DNA of 47,114 nucleotides, taken from the NCBI GenBank assembly GCA_943372585.1, contig CALRZF020000001.1:1-47114 (forward strand), in the 5' to 3' direction. Below the pieces are notes generated by a model that worked only from the letters and a program-made list of their open reading frames with translations, was not told where the DNA came from and did not search any database. Source of the DNA: Ramlibacter sp. 2FC. Lineage in GTDB: Bacteria > Pseudomonadota > Gammaproteobacteria > Burkholderiales > Burkholderiaceae_C. The position numbers and the translations under genes were made by a program. Shown here piece by piece: positions 8,118-15,572 of this stretch (positions are counted from its first letter, which is position 1; every line of letters starts with the position of its first letter).

Positions 8118-9013
8118 AGATCCATTCCGGGCAGACGCTTCTTCTGGTAAGACCGCCCCCATGCGTGGATGAGAGCTGTTCTTCTTGGGCGCACCGGGTC
8201 GCGCTTGCGAATGGATACAGCTGCGCTCTGCAAATGCTGCGTGTAACTGCTGGACCCGTCTCGGCCTTCGTTGATCTGGATTTTGACCCTCCAGGTGAAG
8301 TACACCAGGTGCTTGGGCGCCTGACCGGTTATGCCCAGGAAGTGATTGCCGCGCTTTGCGCGCCCGCGACACCGACGGACTCATGGCACGGCGTCCCCCT
8401 GCGCCATGCAGTCACGCATCGCACTTTTCGCGGCCGGCGCAACAGTGTCGCTACCACGCCCGTCTGTGTTCAATGTGTGCGCCAGCGCGTTCCTGCTCGT
8501 TGGGACTTGTCTTGGAGGTACTCTTGGACAACGGGCTGCAATGTGCATCGCACTCCTTTACAGGACACCTGCAGCCACTGCCAGGAGCCGATCGAAGCCG
8601 ATCTATCCAGAACTGCTTCGATCAGGAATTGTCTGCGGTGCGGCAAAAAGTTTTCGCTTCGGAAAATACCTGCGCGCGATGAACCAATAGCGACATTGGA
8701 TGTTGAACGTCAGTTGAACACTGGGTGTCTTGCGGGTTCCGCTGATTCCAAGGCAGTGCTGAGTGAAATTTTCGAGTGGGGACGATGGGAGTACTTTGCG
8801 CTGGCTAAAGCAGAGAGCGGGTCGCTTGAAGCTGTGAAGGCTTTTGAGTTTCTGTCGTCACACCCGCCCATCCGATATTCCGTGGGCTCAATGCCTGTCA
8901 ACGTGCGACGCGTCTTCTGGGATCACGTTGGGAAGGTACTTGCCCGGCAGACGGTTGAGCCGTCATCGCTCAGCCAGGTACACAACCTCAAGCCGTTTAA
9001 GGAAATTCAATGA
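8108..9013 (+). CDS. tniQ: TniQ/TnsD-family target-selector protein, copy 2
   Basis: LLLVRPPPCVDESCSSWAHRVALANGYS (classic TniQ N-terminus). CVQCVRQRVPARWDLSWRYSWTTGCNVHRTPLQDTCSHCQEPI and CLRCGKKF. Overlaps the stop of copy 1 (8115-8117); alternative GTG at 8114. Confidence 0.8.
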   Translation: MSVKIHSGQTLLLVRPPPCVDESCSSWAHRVALANGYSCALQMLRVTAGPVSAFVDLDFDPPGEVHQVLGRLTGYAQEVIAALCAPATPTDSWHGVPLRHAVTHRTFRGRRNSVATTPVCVQCVRQRVPARWDLSWRYSWTTGCNVHRTPLQDTCSHCQEPIEADLSRTASIRNCLRCGKKFSLRKIPARDEPIATLDVERQLNTGCLAGSADSKAVLSEIFEWGRWEYFALAKAESGSLEAVKAFEFLSSHPPIRYSVGSMPVNVRRVFWDHVGKVLARQTVEPSSLSQVHNLKPFKEIQ

Positions 9014-9939
9014 ATGCGGATGAGCTGCTCGCTGACTGGTTCGCGCTGAGTCGGAAGAGGCCATTCAGTGAGTCGACGATTCAGATCTATGCCCGCATCT
9101 GGGCTATGTGGTGTGAATGGTTGGGAAAGGAGAGCAAGAGTCGTGCTGAAGGATCGCTTTGCTTTTTGACCGCAACCTCTGAAGATGTTTCCAAATTTCT
9201 CCAGTCACCATACCCTGGTTATTGGGTGAGACATCAGCAGCCGTCTAGCGATAGGCCCAAAAATAGATATCTTCAACTTCTCGGTCGAATCTACGACCAC
9301 GCGCTGAGATGCGGCGTCATGGATTGCAATCCGACGCGCGAGCTTGACAGTTCTTTGGCGGGTGATCGGGGCCCGATACCCCAGACTCTGACCCCAGCTG
9401 AATGGGCTGCGATCTATTCCGGAATGCCAATGGGTTGCAAACGGAGTGACTTACGCGATCGCGCTGTCATGTTGTTGCTGATGGATGCCGGCCTGTCTAC
9501 AGGGGAGATGGCTGCGCTGGAACGCTCCGATGTTGAGCGGGATATTTTGACGCGGTCCCAATTGCAAGTTGTGATCCGAGGATCAAGGGATGCGCAAAGG
9601 CGTACATTGAAGTTGAACCTGAGAACGAGCCTGACGCTCGAGAGGTGGCTGCAAGAGCGAGAATCAGTCATGCAATCGCCGCAGGTCAAAGGCGATCCCG
9701 TTTTTCTTACGGATACGCGCTCGCGGTTTACGCGGCGTGTTCTGGACTATTTGGCGAACCGGATGATTGGTGACGCCATTGGTGCGGCCGGGCCTCGTCG
9801 CCTTGCAAATGGCGGAGTCTCCATTGTGCGTAACACTCGCATCCTCATGTGGGCGCAAAGTGGCATGTCTCAGAAGCAGGTGATGCAAATGGCAGGCTTC
9901 ATCAACGAGTGGAGTTTCCGTGGCTTGTGGCCTAGTTGA
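9010..9939 (+). CDS. tyrosine-recombinase-fold protein lacking catalytic His/His/Tyr (TnsF-like candidate)
   Basis: N-terminal SAM-like core-binding region (STIQIYARIWAMWCEWL). Box I is retained (LRDRAVMLLLMDAGLSTGEMAALERSDV). The HxLRH position reads SIVRN. The LGH....TT..Y position reads AGFINEWSFRGLWPS-stop, with no Tyr. ATGA overlap with tniQ-2 at 9010-9013. Confidence 0.65.
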   Translation: MNADELLADWFALSRKRPFSESTIQIYARIWAMWCEWLGKESKSRAEGSLCFLTATSEDVSKFLQSPYPGYWVRHQQPSSDRPKNRYLQLLGRIYDHALRCGVMDCNPTRELDSSLAGDRGPIPQTLTPAEWAAIYSGMPMGCKRSDLRDRAVMLLLMDAGLSTGEMAALERSDVERDILTRSQLQVVIRGSRDAQRRTLKLNLRTSLTLERWLQERESVMQSPQVKGDPVFLTDTRSRFTRRVLDYLANRMIGDAIGAAGPRRLANGGVSIVRNTRILMWAQSGMSQKQVMQMAGFINEWSFRGLWPS

Positions 9940-10165
9940 CCCGGCTTTCCAGGCACCCCGCCTGAAATTGACCGCCGCACTCGCCAAACAAGTACGGATC
10001 GGTCGCGGGGCGATGACTAAATCAGCCAGTGAAACCAGCAGCACCCAAAAAGCAAAAAGCCTCCGTGAGGAGGTCTCTGCTCTTTGCGTCGGGGCGCCCT
10101 TGGAGAGTAATGCCGATCAACGCGCCGTCGAATCTTACTTGAATCCAACCGACAAGTGAAGCTAA

Positions 10166-10279
10166 TGTTTCAGTACGGCAAGGCCCTGACGCTTTTGGTA
10201 GGACTAGGTCGGTTCAGCGGAGCAACCGTACTACTGAGTAGGGGTAAGCTTGTACTGCTGCGGCACCACCGCCACCACA
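10166..10279 (-). repeat. candidate left-end repeats (inverted relative to the right end)
   Basis: RC of 10190-10166, GTCAGGGCCTTGCCGTACTGAAACA, aligns with 3471-3498, GTCAAGGCTTTGTCGTCCCTGAAAAACA (about 20 of 26 positions with small gaps). RC of 10279-10271 is TGTGGTGGC. A weaker GCTGAAC copy lies at RC of about 10211-10225. Confidence 0.3.
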
Positions 10280-10280
10280 G

Positions 10281-11213
10281 CTAGTCCGGTAGGTGCCCAA
10301 ACGCTTGGTCCACAAAGCTGTCGCTCGGGTTCTTCCAAGTCTCACGCAGCAGGTAGCTGACGGGCACGCCCAGGTTGATGCCGTAGCCTGGCAAGGGCGA
10401 GTTGAGCCACTGCTCGTGCCACCGAGCCAGCACACCGCCCTGGATCAGCGCGCGCATCTCGCGCGACAGCACAGCGCGCAGCCGCGGCTCAGTAGTGCGA
10501 AAAGCCAGCGCCTTGGCGCGCATGGAATAGGCCTTGGGAATCACCGTGTAGCGCTCCGCGCCGGCCGACAGCCGGATCGCAAACAGGCTCGCGTCATCGG
10601 CAAACAACGCCTGCGCCTCGCCCTTTCGCAGCACTTCCATCGCAGCCTTCGGGTTGCGGGCCACCACGACGCCTGCGTTCACGCCCGTCTGCGCAAGCAC
10701 GTAGCGCAGCATTGCCTCGTTGCCCGACTGCGAGGTGGTCACCACCTTCTGCCCATGGAACCGTCCTAGGTCGGTGCCCTCTACGGCACCCGGCACCAGC
10801 AGCCGCGTCGCCGCGACGAACAGGGGGACCGTCAGCCCCACCTCCTTGAGCGACTGGTTGGACACGGTGGAGTCCGCGCAGTCGATGTCGATCAGGCCAT
10901 CCGCCAGCGCTGCATTGCGCTCGTTGGGCCCCACGGGCACCCACACAACCTGCAGCGCAAGCTTGAGTTCACGGCTGAGCGCGGCGGCAAAGTGCTTGCA
11001 GACCTCCACTGCCAGGCCGGCCGGCTCACCCGCTTTGTCAATGAACGAAAACGGCACGCTGGCCGTGCGGTGGCCCAGGTGGATCTTGCGGCTGACCTGC
11101 AACTTGTCCAGCGTGTCGGCGGCCACGGCCGTGGCCGCGAACAACGCCGCTACACCGGCAGCGCGTGCGGCACGTCGGATGATTTGTCGGACGTCAAACA
11201 TTCCAGCACCCAT
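10281..11213 (-). CDS. amino-acid ABC transporter substrate-binding protein (SBP family 3, GltI-like)
   Basis: Signal peptide RRAARAAGVAALFAATAVAA. Body typical of polar amino-acid binding proteins (IHLGHRTASVPFSF.., IDIDCADSTV..). Alternative ATG at 11201. The stop (10281-10283) directly abuts the accessory segment. Confidence 0.85.
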   Translation of the reverse strand: MGAGMFDVRQIIRRAARAAGVAALFAATAVAADTLDKLQVSRKIHLGHRTASVPFSFIDKAGEPAGLAVEVCKHFAAALSRELKLALQVVWVPVGPNERNAALADGLIDIDCADSTVSNQSLKEVGLTVPLFVAATRLLVPGAVEGTDLGRFHGQKVVTTSQSGNEAMLRYVLAQTGVNAGVVVARNPKAAMEVLRKGEAQALFADDASLFAIRLSAGAERYTVIPKAYSMRAKALAFRTTEPRLRAVLSREMRALIQGGVLARWHEQWLNSPLPGYGINLGVPVSYLLRETWKNPSDSFVDQAFGHLPD

Positions 11214-11737
11214 TCGATCAGTTGCTCCACGTCGGCCGCGGCGCGCGCGGCGGGCAGCCGCGTGTCCTCATACAGCGTAAAGACGGGCTTGCCCCATTTC
11301 AGGCCCAGCGCCATCTCGGACAGCGTGCCCATGCCGCCGCCGATGGCGACCAGGCAGACGCTGCTGCGCGCGATCAGCGCGTTGCGCATCTCGCCGATGC
11401 CGGTGGGCAGCGCCACCGTGAGGTAAGGATTGGCCCCGGCCAGGTCCGCCTCGGGCAGGATGCCCACGGCAATGCCGCCAGCCTCGGCCGCGCCGCGGCA
11501 GGCGGCTTCCATTACGCCGCCACGGCCACCGCACACCACAGGCACACCGGCGCTGGCCAGCACGCTGCCCACCTCGTACGCAGCCAGGCATTCGCGGCTG
11601 CCGCCGTCGCCGGGGCCAATGATGCCCACAGCCAACGGGCTGCGCGCCGCGCCGGCCTGGGATTCTGCCAGGCGCTCCAGCCGCTCAATGGCTGTTGTCG
11701 AGAGCTTTTTGCTCACGCCGACTCGTAATGACATCAC
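11150..11737 (-). CDS. TIGR00725 / LOG (lysine-decarboxylase-like) family protein
   Basis: VGIIGPGDGG..VVCGGRGGVMEAACRGAAEAGG..VGILP..TGIGEMRNALIARSS..VAIGGGMGTLSEMALG..GKPV is the Rossmann/PGGxGTxxE pattern of this family. The annotated ends overlap both neighbours, so the start is uncertain. Confidence 0.75.
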   Translation of the reverse strand: MMSLRVGVSKKLSTTAIERLERLAESQAGAARSPLAVGIIGPGDGGSRECLAAYEVGSVLASAGVPVVCGGRGGVMEAACRGAAEAGGIAVGILPEADLAGANPYLTVALPTGIGEMRNALIARSSVCLVAIGGGMGTLSEMALGLKWGKPVFTLYEDTRLPAARAAADVEQLIEWVLECLTSDKSSDVPHALPV

Positions 11738-12506
11738 CAGCTCCCAAAACGATTACACAAATGGCCAGCAGCACCAGCGACAGGGCTGCCGCCGCCGGAA
11801 AGTCCCCGCCGCCGTCGCCCACCTTGGCCAGCAACAGAAGCGGCAGGATGTTGAGTTGCGTGCCCGCCAGCGCCAGCGCGGTGCCGTAGGTGCCCATGGC
11901 CAGCGCCGCGACCAGGCAGGCGCTGGCCAGCACCGAAGGCGCCACCTCGGGCACCACCGTGTCCCAGAACGCGCGCAGGCGGCTTGCGCCCAGCGTGCGT
12001 GCGGCCAACATCGGCCGCTCGTCCAGGTTGGCGAACACCGGGTACAGCGACAGCGCCACGCGCGGGATCAGGTAATACGCATACGCAAAACCCAACCCGC
12101 CCACGGTGTAGATCCAGCCGCCGACTTGAGCCGGGTCTGCGCCGAGCATGGCCAGCAGCTGCGTGACGAAGCCGGCGCGTCCAAATGCCAGGATGAAGCC
12201 GTAGGCAATGACCAGGCCCGAGAACGCCAGCGGCAGACCCAGCAGCGTCATCAGCCACTGGCGCCGCCCTTCGGGCTGGCGCGCCAGCTCGATCGCGATC
12301 GCCGTACCCACCACCGCCGACACCGCGCCGGCCAGCACGCCCAGCAACACCGTGTTGCGCGCCGCGCCCAGGAACAGCGGGTCGCCGAACACACGGCCAA
12401 ACGCGGCGCCGCCGTCGCTGAAGGCCTCCGGCACCAGCGCCAGCAGCGGCAGCCCAAAGAACAGCAGCAGGAAGATCCAGGCCGCAAGGCCCCCAAAGCG
12501 TCTCAT
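11685..12506 (-). CDS. ABC transporter permease (PotB/PotC-like)
   Basis: 273 aa, multiple TM segments. EAA-like loop AARTLGASRLRAFWDTVVPEVAPSV. Confidence 0.85.
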   Translation of the reverse strand: MRRFGGLAAWIFLLLFFGLPLLALVPEAFSDGGAAFGRVFGDPLFLGAARNTVLLGVLAGAVSAVVGTAIAIELARQPEGRRQWLMTLLGLPLAFSGLVIAYGFILAFGRAGFVTQLLAMLGADPAQVGGWIYTVGGLGFAYAYYLIPRVALSLYPVFANLDERPMLAARTLGASRLRAFWDTVVPEVAPSVLASACLVAALAMGTYGTALALAGTQLNILPLLLLAKVGDGGGDFPAAAALSLVLLAICVIVLGAGDVITSRREQKALDNSH

Positions 12507-12513
12507 GGCCGCG

Positions 12514-13587
12514 TTACTTGGTCAGCACGGCCTGCGCCCACAGGCGGTCGACCTCGGCCTTGCGCTCGGATGCTTTCACCACGTCCAGCGGCCGCAGCTG
12601 CGGTGCCGCCGGCATCTTGGCCTGCACGTCGGCCGACAGCCGGATGCCCGGCACCGACGGCCGCACAAAGCCCTGGGCGAACAGGTTTTGCCCCATCTCG
12701 CTCATGATGAAGTTCAGCCACAGCTTGCCGCTGTTGGGGTTGGGCCCGTTCTTGACCAGGCTGATCGCATAGGGCGCGGCCACGCTGGCTTCTTTCGGGA
12801 TCACGACTTCCACTGCGTCGCCCATGCCGTCCACGTGCTTGGCTTTCAGGCCATCGTTTTCGTAGCCGATCCAGATCGGGATTTCGCCCTTGAGGAACTT
12901 GGCATACGGCGTTGTGCCCTCCACGCGCATCACGTTGCCAGCGCCATGCAGCTGGCCCAGGTAATCGGTGCCGGGCTTGACGTTGTCCACCGAGCCGTTT
13001 TGCGCATAGGCCGCCGCGAACACCACGACCTGGCCGACGCCGGTGGAGCGCGGGTCCAGGTAGACCACGCTGTTCTTGTATTCGGGCTTGAGCAGGTCGG
13101 CCCAGCTGGTGGGCGTGTTCTTGACCAGCTTCTTGTTGACCAGGAACGCAATGTTCAGCGTATGGATGGTGAACCACTTGCCTTCAGCCTCGCGGAACAC
13201 CGGCGGCAGCTTGTCAAAGCCAATGGGCTTGAACGGCGCGACCACGTCTTTCTTCACCGCGTCAACGGCCGACGCCGCGAAGTAATAAGCCGTGTCGGCC
13301 TGAGGGCGGCGGCGGCTTTTTTCCAGCGCGGTCACGGTGGCGGCCGAGCCCAGGTCGTTGTAGGTGATCTCCAGCTCGGGGTAACGCTTCTTGAAGTCGC
13401 GGAACAGCGCCTTCCAGTTGGCCCATTCGGGGCCGGTGTCGAACGACACGACCAGGCCTTCTTTCTCGGCGGCTTCGTACAGCGCCTTTTCGCCGGGGTA
13501 CAGCTCGGGGCCATCCAGCGCGATGGCGGGCAAGGCGGTGGCAAACGGGGCGGCGGCCAGGGCCTGGATGAGGTTGCGGCGTTTCAT
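12514..13587 (-). CDS. ABC transporter periplasmic substrate-binding protein (SBP family 1, Fe3+/polyamine/phosphonate type)
   Basis: ORF track gives 12514..13623. ATG 13587 is preferred (AAGGAGAAAAC-ATG) and gives MKRRNLIQALAAAPFATALPAIA, a twin-arginine-like signal. Confidence 0.85.
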   Translation of the reverse strand: MKRRNLIQALAAAPFATALPAIALDGPELYPGEKALYEAAEKEGLVVSFDTGPEWANWKALFRDFKKRYPELEITYNDLGSAATVTALEKSRRRPQADTAYYFAASAVDAVKKDVVAPFKPIGFDKLPPVFREAEGKWFTIHTLNIAFLVNKKLVKNTPTSWADLLKPEYKNSVVYLDPRSTGVGQVVVFAAAYAQNGSVDNVKPGTDYLGQLHGAGNVMRVEGTTPYAKFLKGEIPIWIGYENDGLKAKHVDGMGDAVEVVIPKEASVAAPYAISLVKNGPNPNSGKLWLNFIMSEMGQNLFAQGFVRPSVPGIRLSADVQAKMPAAPQLRPLDVVKASERKAEVDRLWAQAVLTK

Positions 13588-13619
13588 GTTTTCTCCTTGT
13601 GGATAGGGGTGGGAGGGGT

Positions 13620-14648
13620 TCATTGGTCGAGCAGGCGCACGTGCTCGGGCGGGATGGCAATGGCCAGGCGGGCAGCCTGGCGCGACTCGGACAGCACGGG
13701 GCGCGGCGCGCCGGGCACGTTGAAGTCGTAGCGCACGATCGAGCCCAGGTAACGCTGCGTACCGGCTTGGCCGGCGAAAGTGTTGGGGGTGCCCGCCGGC
13801 GGATCGGCCACGACGTGCTCGGGGCGCACCAGCACCGTCACTGCAGCGCCCGCTCGCCGCGTACCGGTGGGCGCGTGCAGTTGCGCAAAGCCCAGGTCCA
13901 CCACGTCCGGGCCGGCAACGGTGCCGGCCAGCAGCGTGGACAGGCCCACGAATTCCGCCACTGCGCGGCTGGCGGGGCGCTCATAAATCTCCTGCGGCGT
14001 CGCCAGCTGCAGCAGCCGGCCATCCTTGAGCACGGCGACACGGTCGGCCATGGTCAGCGCCTCTTCCTGGTCGTGGGTCACCAGCAGCGTGGTGGCGTTA
14101 AAGCGCTGTTGCAGCGCCCGGATCTGGTCGCGCAGGTGGCCGCGTATGCCCGCGTCCAGAGCGGCCAGCGGCTCGTCCAGCAGCAGCGCGCGCGGGTCGA
14201 TCGCCAGTGCCCGGGCCAGCGCCACGCGCTGCTGCTGCCCGCCGGACAGCTTGGCGACCGGGCGCTGGGCCAGCTCGCCCAGGCCCACCATCTCCAGCAG
14301 CCCCTGGGCTTTGCGGGCCCGCTCGGCCGCCGGTACCTTGCGCAGCTTCAGGCCATAGGCCACGTTGTCCTGCACGTTCAGGTGGGGGAACAGCGAGTAG
14401 CTCTGGAACACCATGCCGATGTGGCGCTGGTGCACCGGCTTGCGCGACAGGTCGTCGCCGTCCAGCAGGATGGAGCCGGTGTTGCCGCTCTCCAGCCCCG
14501 CCACGAGCTTGAGCAGCGTGGACTTGCCCGAGCCGCTGGGCCCGATCACGGCGACAAGCTCGCCGGTGCGGATGTCGATGGACACGTCCGACAGGCCATG
14601 CGCGGTGCCGGGGTAGTGGTAGCTGACCTTGTCGAGTACGAGGCTCAT
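13620..14648 (-). CDS. ABC transporter ATP-binding protein (PotA/FbpC-like with C-terminal TOBE-like region)
   Basis: True start is MSLVLDKVSYHY at 14648 (ATGA overlap with the upstream permease stop). Walker A GPSGSGKST, signature LSGGQQQRVALARAL, Walker B LLLDEP. The 474-aa track ORF is a spurious 5' extension. Confidence 0.9.
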   Translation of the reverse strand: MSLVLDKVSYHYPGTAHGLSDVSIDIRTGELVAVIGPSGSGKSTLLKLVAGLESGNTGSILLDGDDLSRKPVHQRHIGMVFQSYSLFPHLNVQDNVAYGLKLRKVPAAERARKAQGLLEMVGLGELAQRPVAKLSGGQQQRVALARALAIDPRALLLDEPLAALDAGIRGHLRDQIRALQQRFNATTLLVTHDQEEALTMADRVAVLKDGRLLQLATPQEIYERPASRAVAEFVGLSTLLAGTVAGPDVVDLGFAQLHAPTGTRRAGAAVTVLVRPEHVVADPPAGTPNTFAGQAGTQRYLGSIVRYDFNVPGAPRPVLSESRQAARLAIAIPPEHVRLLDQ

Positions 14649-15424
14649 GTTTTTCTGACGACGGATGAAGAGACCAGGGCCGCGGCACTGGCGAGGATCA
14701 AAAGAATGACGGTGGCCGCGCAGGCAAAGCCCGTGGCGCCATAGAAGGCCTGCAGCAGCACCACCGGGTAGGTGCGGTTCTGGAAGCTGGTGAGCAGGTT
14801 GGACAGGCCGAACTCGCCCACCGAAATGGCCGCCACCATGACCAGGCCGCTGACCAGGCTCTGGCGCAGGTTGGGCACCACGATGCCCAGGAAGGTCTGC
14901 AGCGGGCGCGCGCCCAGCGTGGCGGCCGCGTGCTCCAGCCGCCCCAGGTCCATGTGGCGCAGGTCGGACAGCAGCGTGTTGGTCAGGTAGGGCAGCGTGT
15001 GCACCGCATGCGCGGCAATCAGCAGCGGCAGCGTGCCCAGCCACGGCAGGTAGTCAGTGTTGAACACGATCATGTAGCCAAAGCCCAGCGTGATCGTGGG
15101 CACGGCCACCGGCATGGCGCTGACGATCTTCGCGGCGAAACTGCCGCGCCGGCGCGCGCCGTGGTACAGGCTGTAGGCCAGCGGCACGGCCAGCAGCGTG
15201 TTGATGACGCACGACGCCAGCGCCACCACCAGGCTGGTGGTGAAGGCCTTGCGAAACGACGGGTCCTGCCACAGCTCCAGGTACCAGCGGCCGGTCAGGC
15301 CCGACGGCAGCAGGGAGTTGGTCCAGCTGTTGCCGGTGCTGCCCACCACCAGCAGCAGGATGGGCAGGACCAGGTAAATGCCATAGACCACGGCGATGAG
15401 GCGTACCAAGGCTCTTGTCTCCAC
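14645..15424 (-). CDS. ABC transporter permease (PotC-like)
   Basis: Track ORF extends to 15559. GTG 15424 (VETRALVRLIAVVYGIYLVLPILL..) is preferred because it leaves a 148-bp divergent promoter region before the LysR gene. EAA loop AAATLGARPLQTFLGIVVPNLRQSL. Confidence 0.8.
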   Translation of the reverse strand: METRALVRLIAVVYGIYLVLPILLLVVGSTGNSWTNSLLPSGLTGRWYLELWQDPSFRKAFTTSLVVALASCVINTLLAVPLAYSLYHGARRRGSFAAKIVSAMPVAVPTITLGFGYMIVFNTDYLPWLGTLPLLIAAHAVHTLPYLTNTLLSDLRHMDLGRLEHAAATLGARPLQTFLGIVVPNLRQSLVSGLVMVAAISVGEFGLSNLLTSFQNRTYPVVLLQAFYGATGFACAATVILLILASAAALVSSSVVRKT

Positions 15425-15543
15425 GCGGGCATGCCGCCCGTCAGTTTGTTTATTCGTCTGGCGCGATGCATGCGCCGAAGCGAAATCTATTCGATGGGGC
15501 GCAGTACGACTAGTGAATGTTTCTAAATCAACAGTTGAGCAAG

Positions 15544-15558
15544 TGGAAACGGTTTCCA
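15544..15558. promoter_or_regulatory. perfect palindrome TGGAAAC-G-GTTTCCA in the divergent LysR/ABC intergenic region
   Basis: Read directly. 7-bp arms, 15 nt upstream of the LysR ATG (15573). Candidate LysR-type autoregulatory box. Confidence 0.4.
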
Positions 15559-15572
15559 TTCATACTGCTGTC

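Larger units (their letters stand above)
3434..10279 (+). mobile_element. Tn7-like (Tn6022/Tn5053-related) transposon; gene content is firm, boundaries are tentative
   Basis: Coupled operon tnsA-tnsB-tnsC-tniQ-tniQ-(tyrosine-recombinase-like) at 3526-9939. Termini TGTGGTGAC (3434-3442) and RC TGTGGTGGC (10279-10271) match 8/9. The composition break at about 10280 coincides with the right-hand terminus. No 5-bp target-site duplication was found (AACGT vs GCTAG). Confidence 0.5.

Noticed and set aside
9920-10159. 79-aa plus ORF, and its internal 48-aa version starting at MTKSASETSS (10013), between the recombinase-like gene and the left end.
   Set aside because: No SD, low-complexity Ser/Thr/Ala/Lys composition, and no recognisable motif. 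It overlaps the weak hairpin at 10059-10074. Not supportable as a gene.
9940-10280. CRISPR-associated transposon (CAST) hypothesis: looked for cas genes or a repeat-spacer array downstream of tniQ.
   Set aside because: There are no cas-like ORFs anywhere in the window and no regularly spaced direct repeats in 9940-10280 or elsewhere.
11430-13731. Long plus-strand ORFs (11430..12707 at 425 aa, 12208..13731 at 507 aa). Similar ones elsewhere: 13599..14744, 16944..17867, 16960..18105, 28487..29983, 31444..32673, 33019..34245, 38219..39088, 40513..41271, 41759..43192.
   Set aside because: All lie antisense to, or out of frame with, genes that have clear family motifs. Their translations are Arg/Ala/Gly/Pro/His-rich low-complexity text typical of shadow ORFs in about 65-70% G+C DNA. 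I saw no SD sequences and no recognisable domains.
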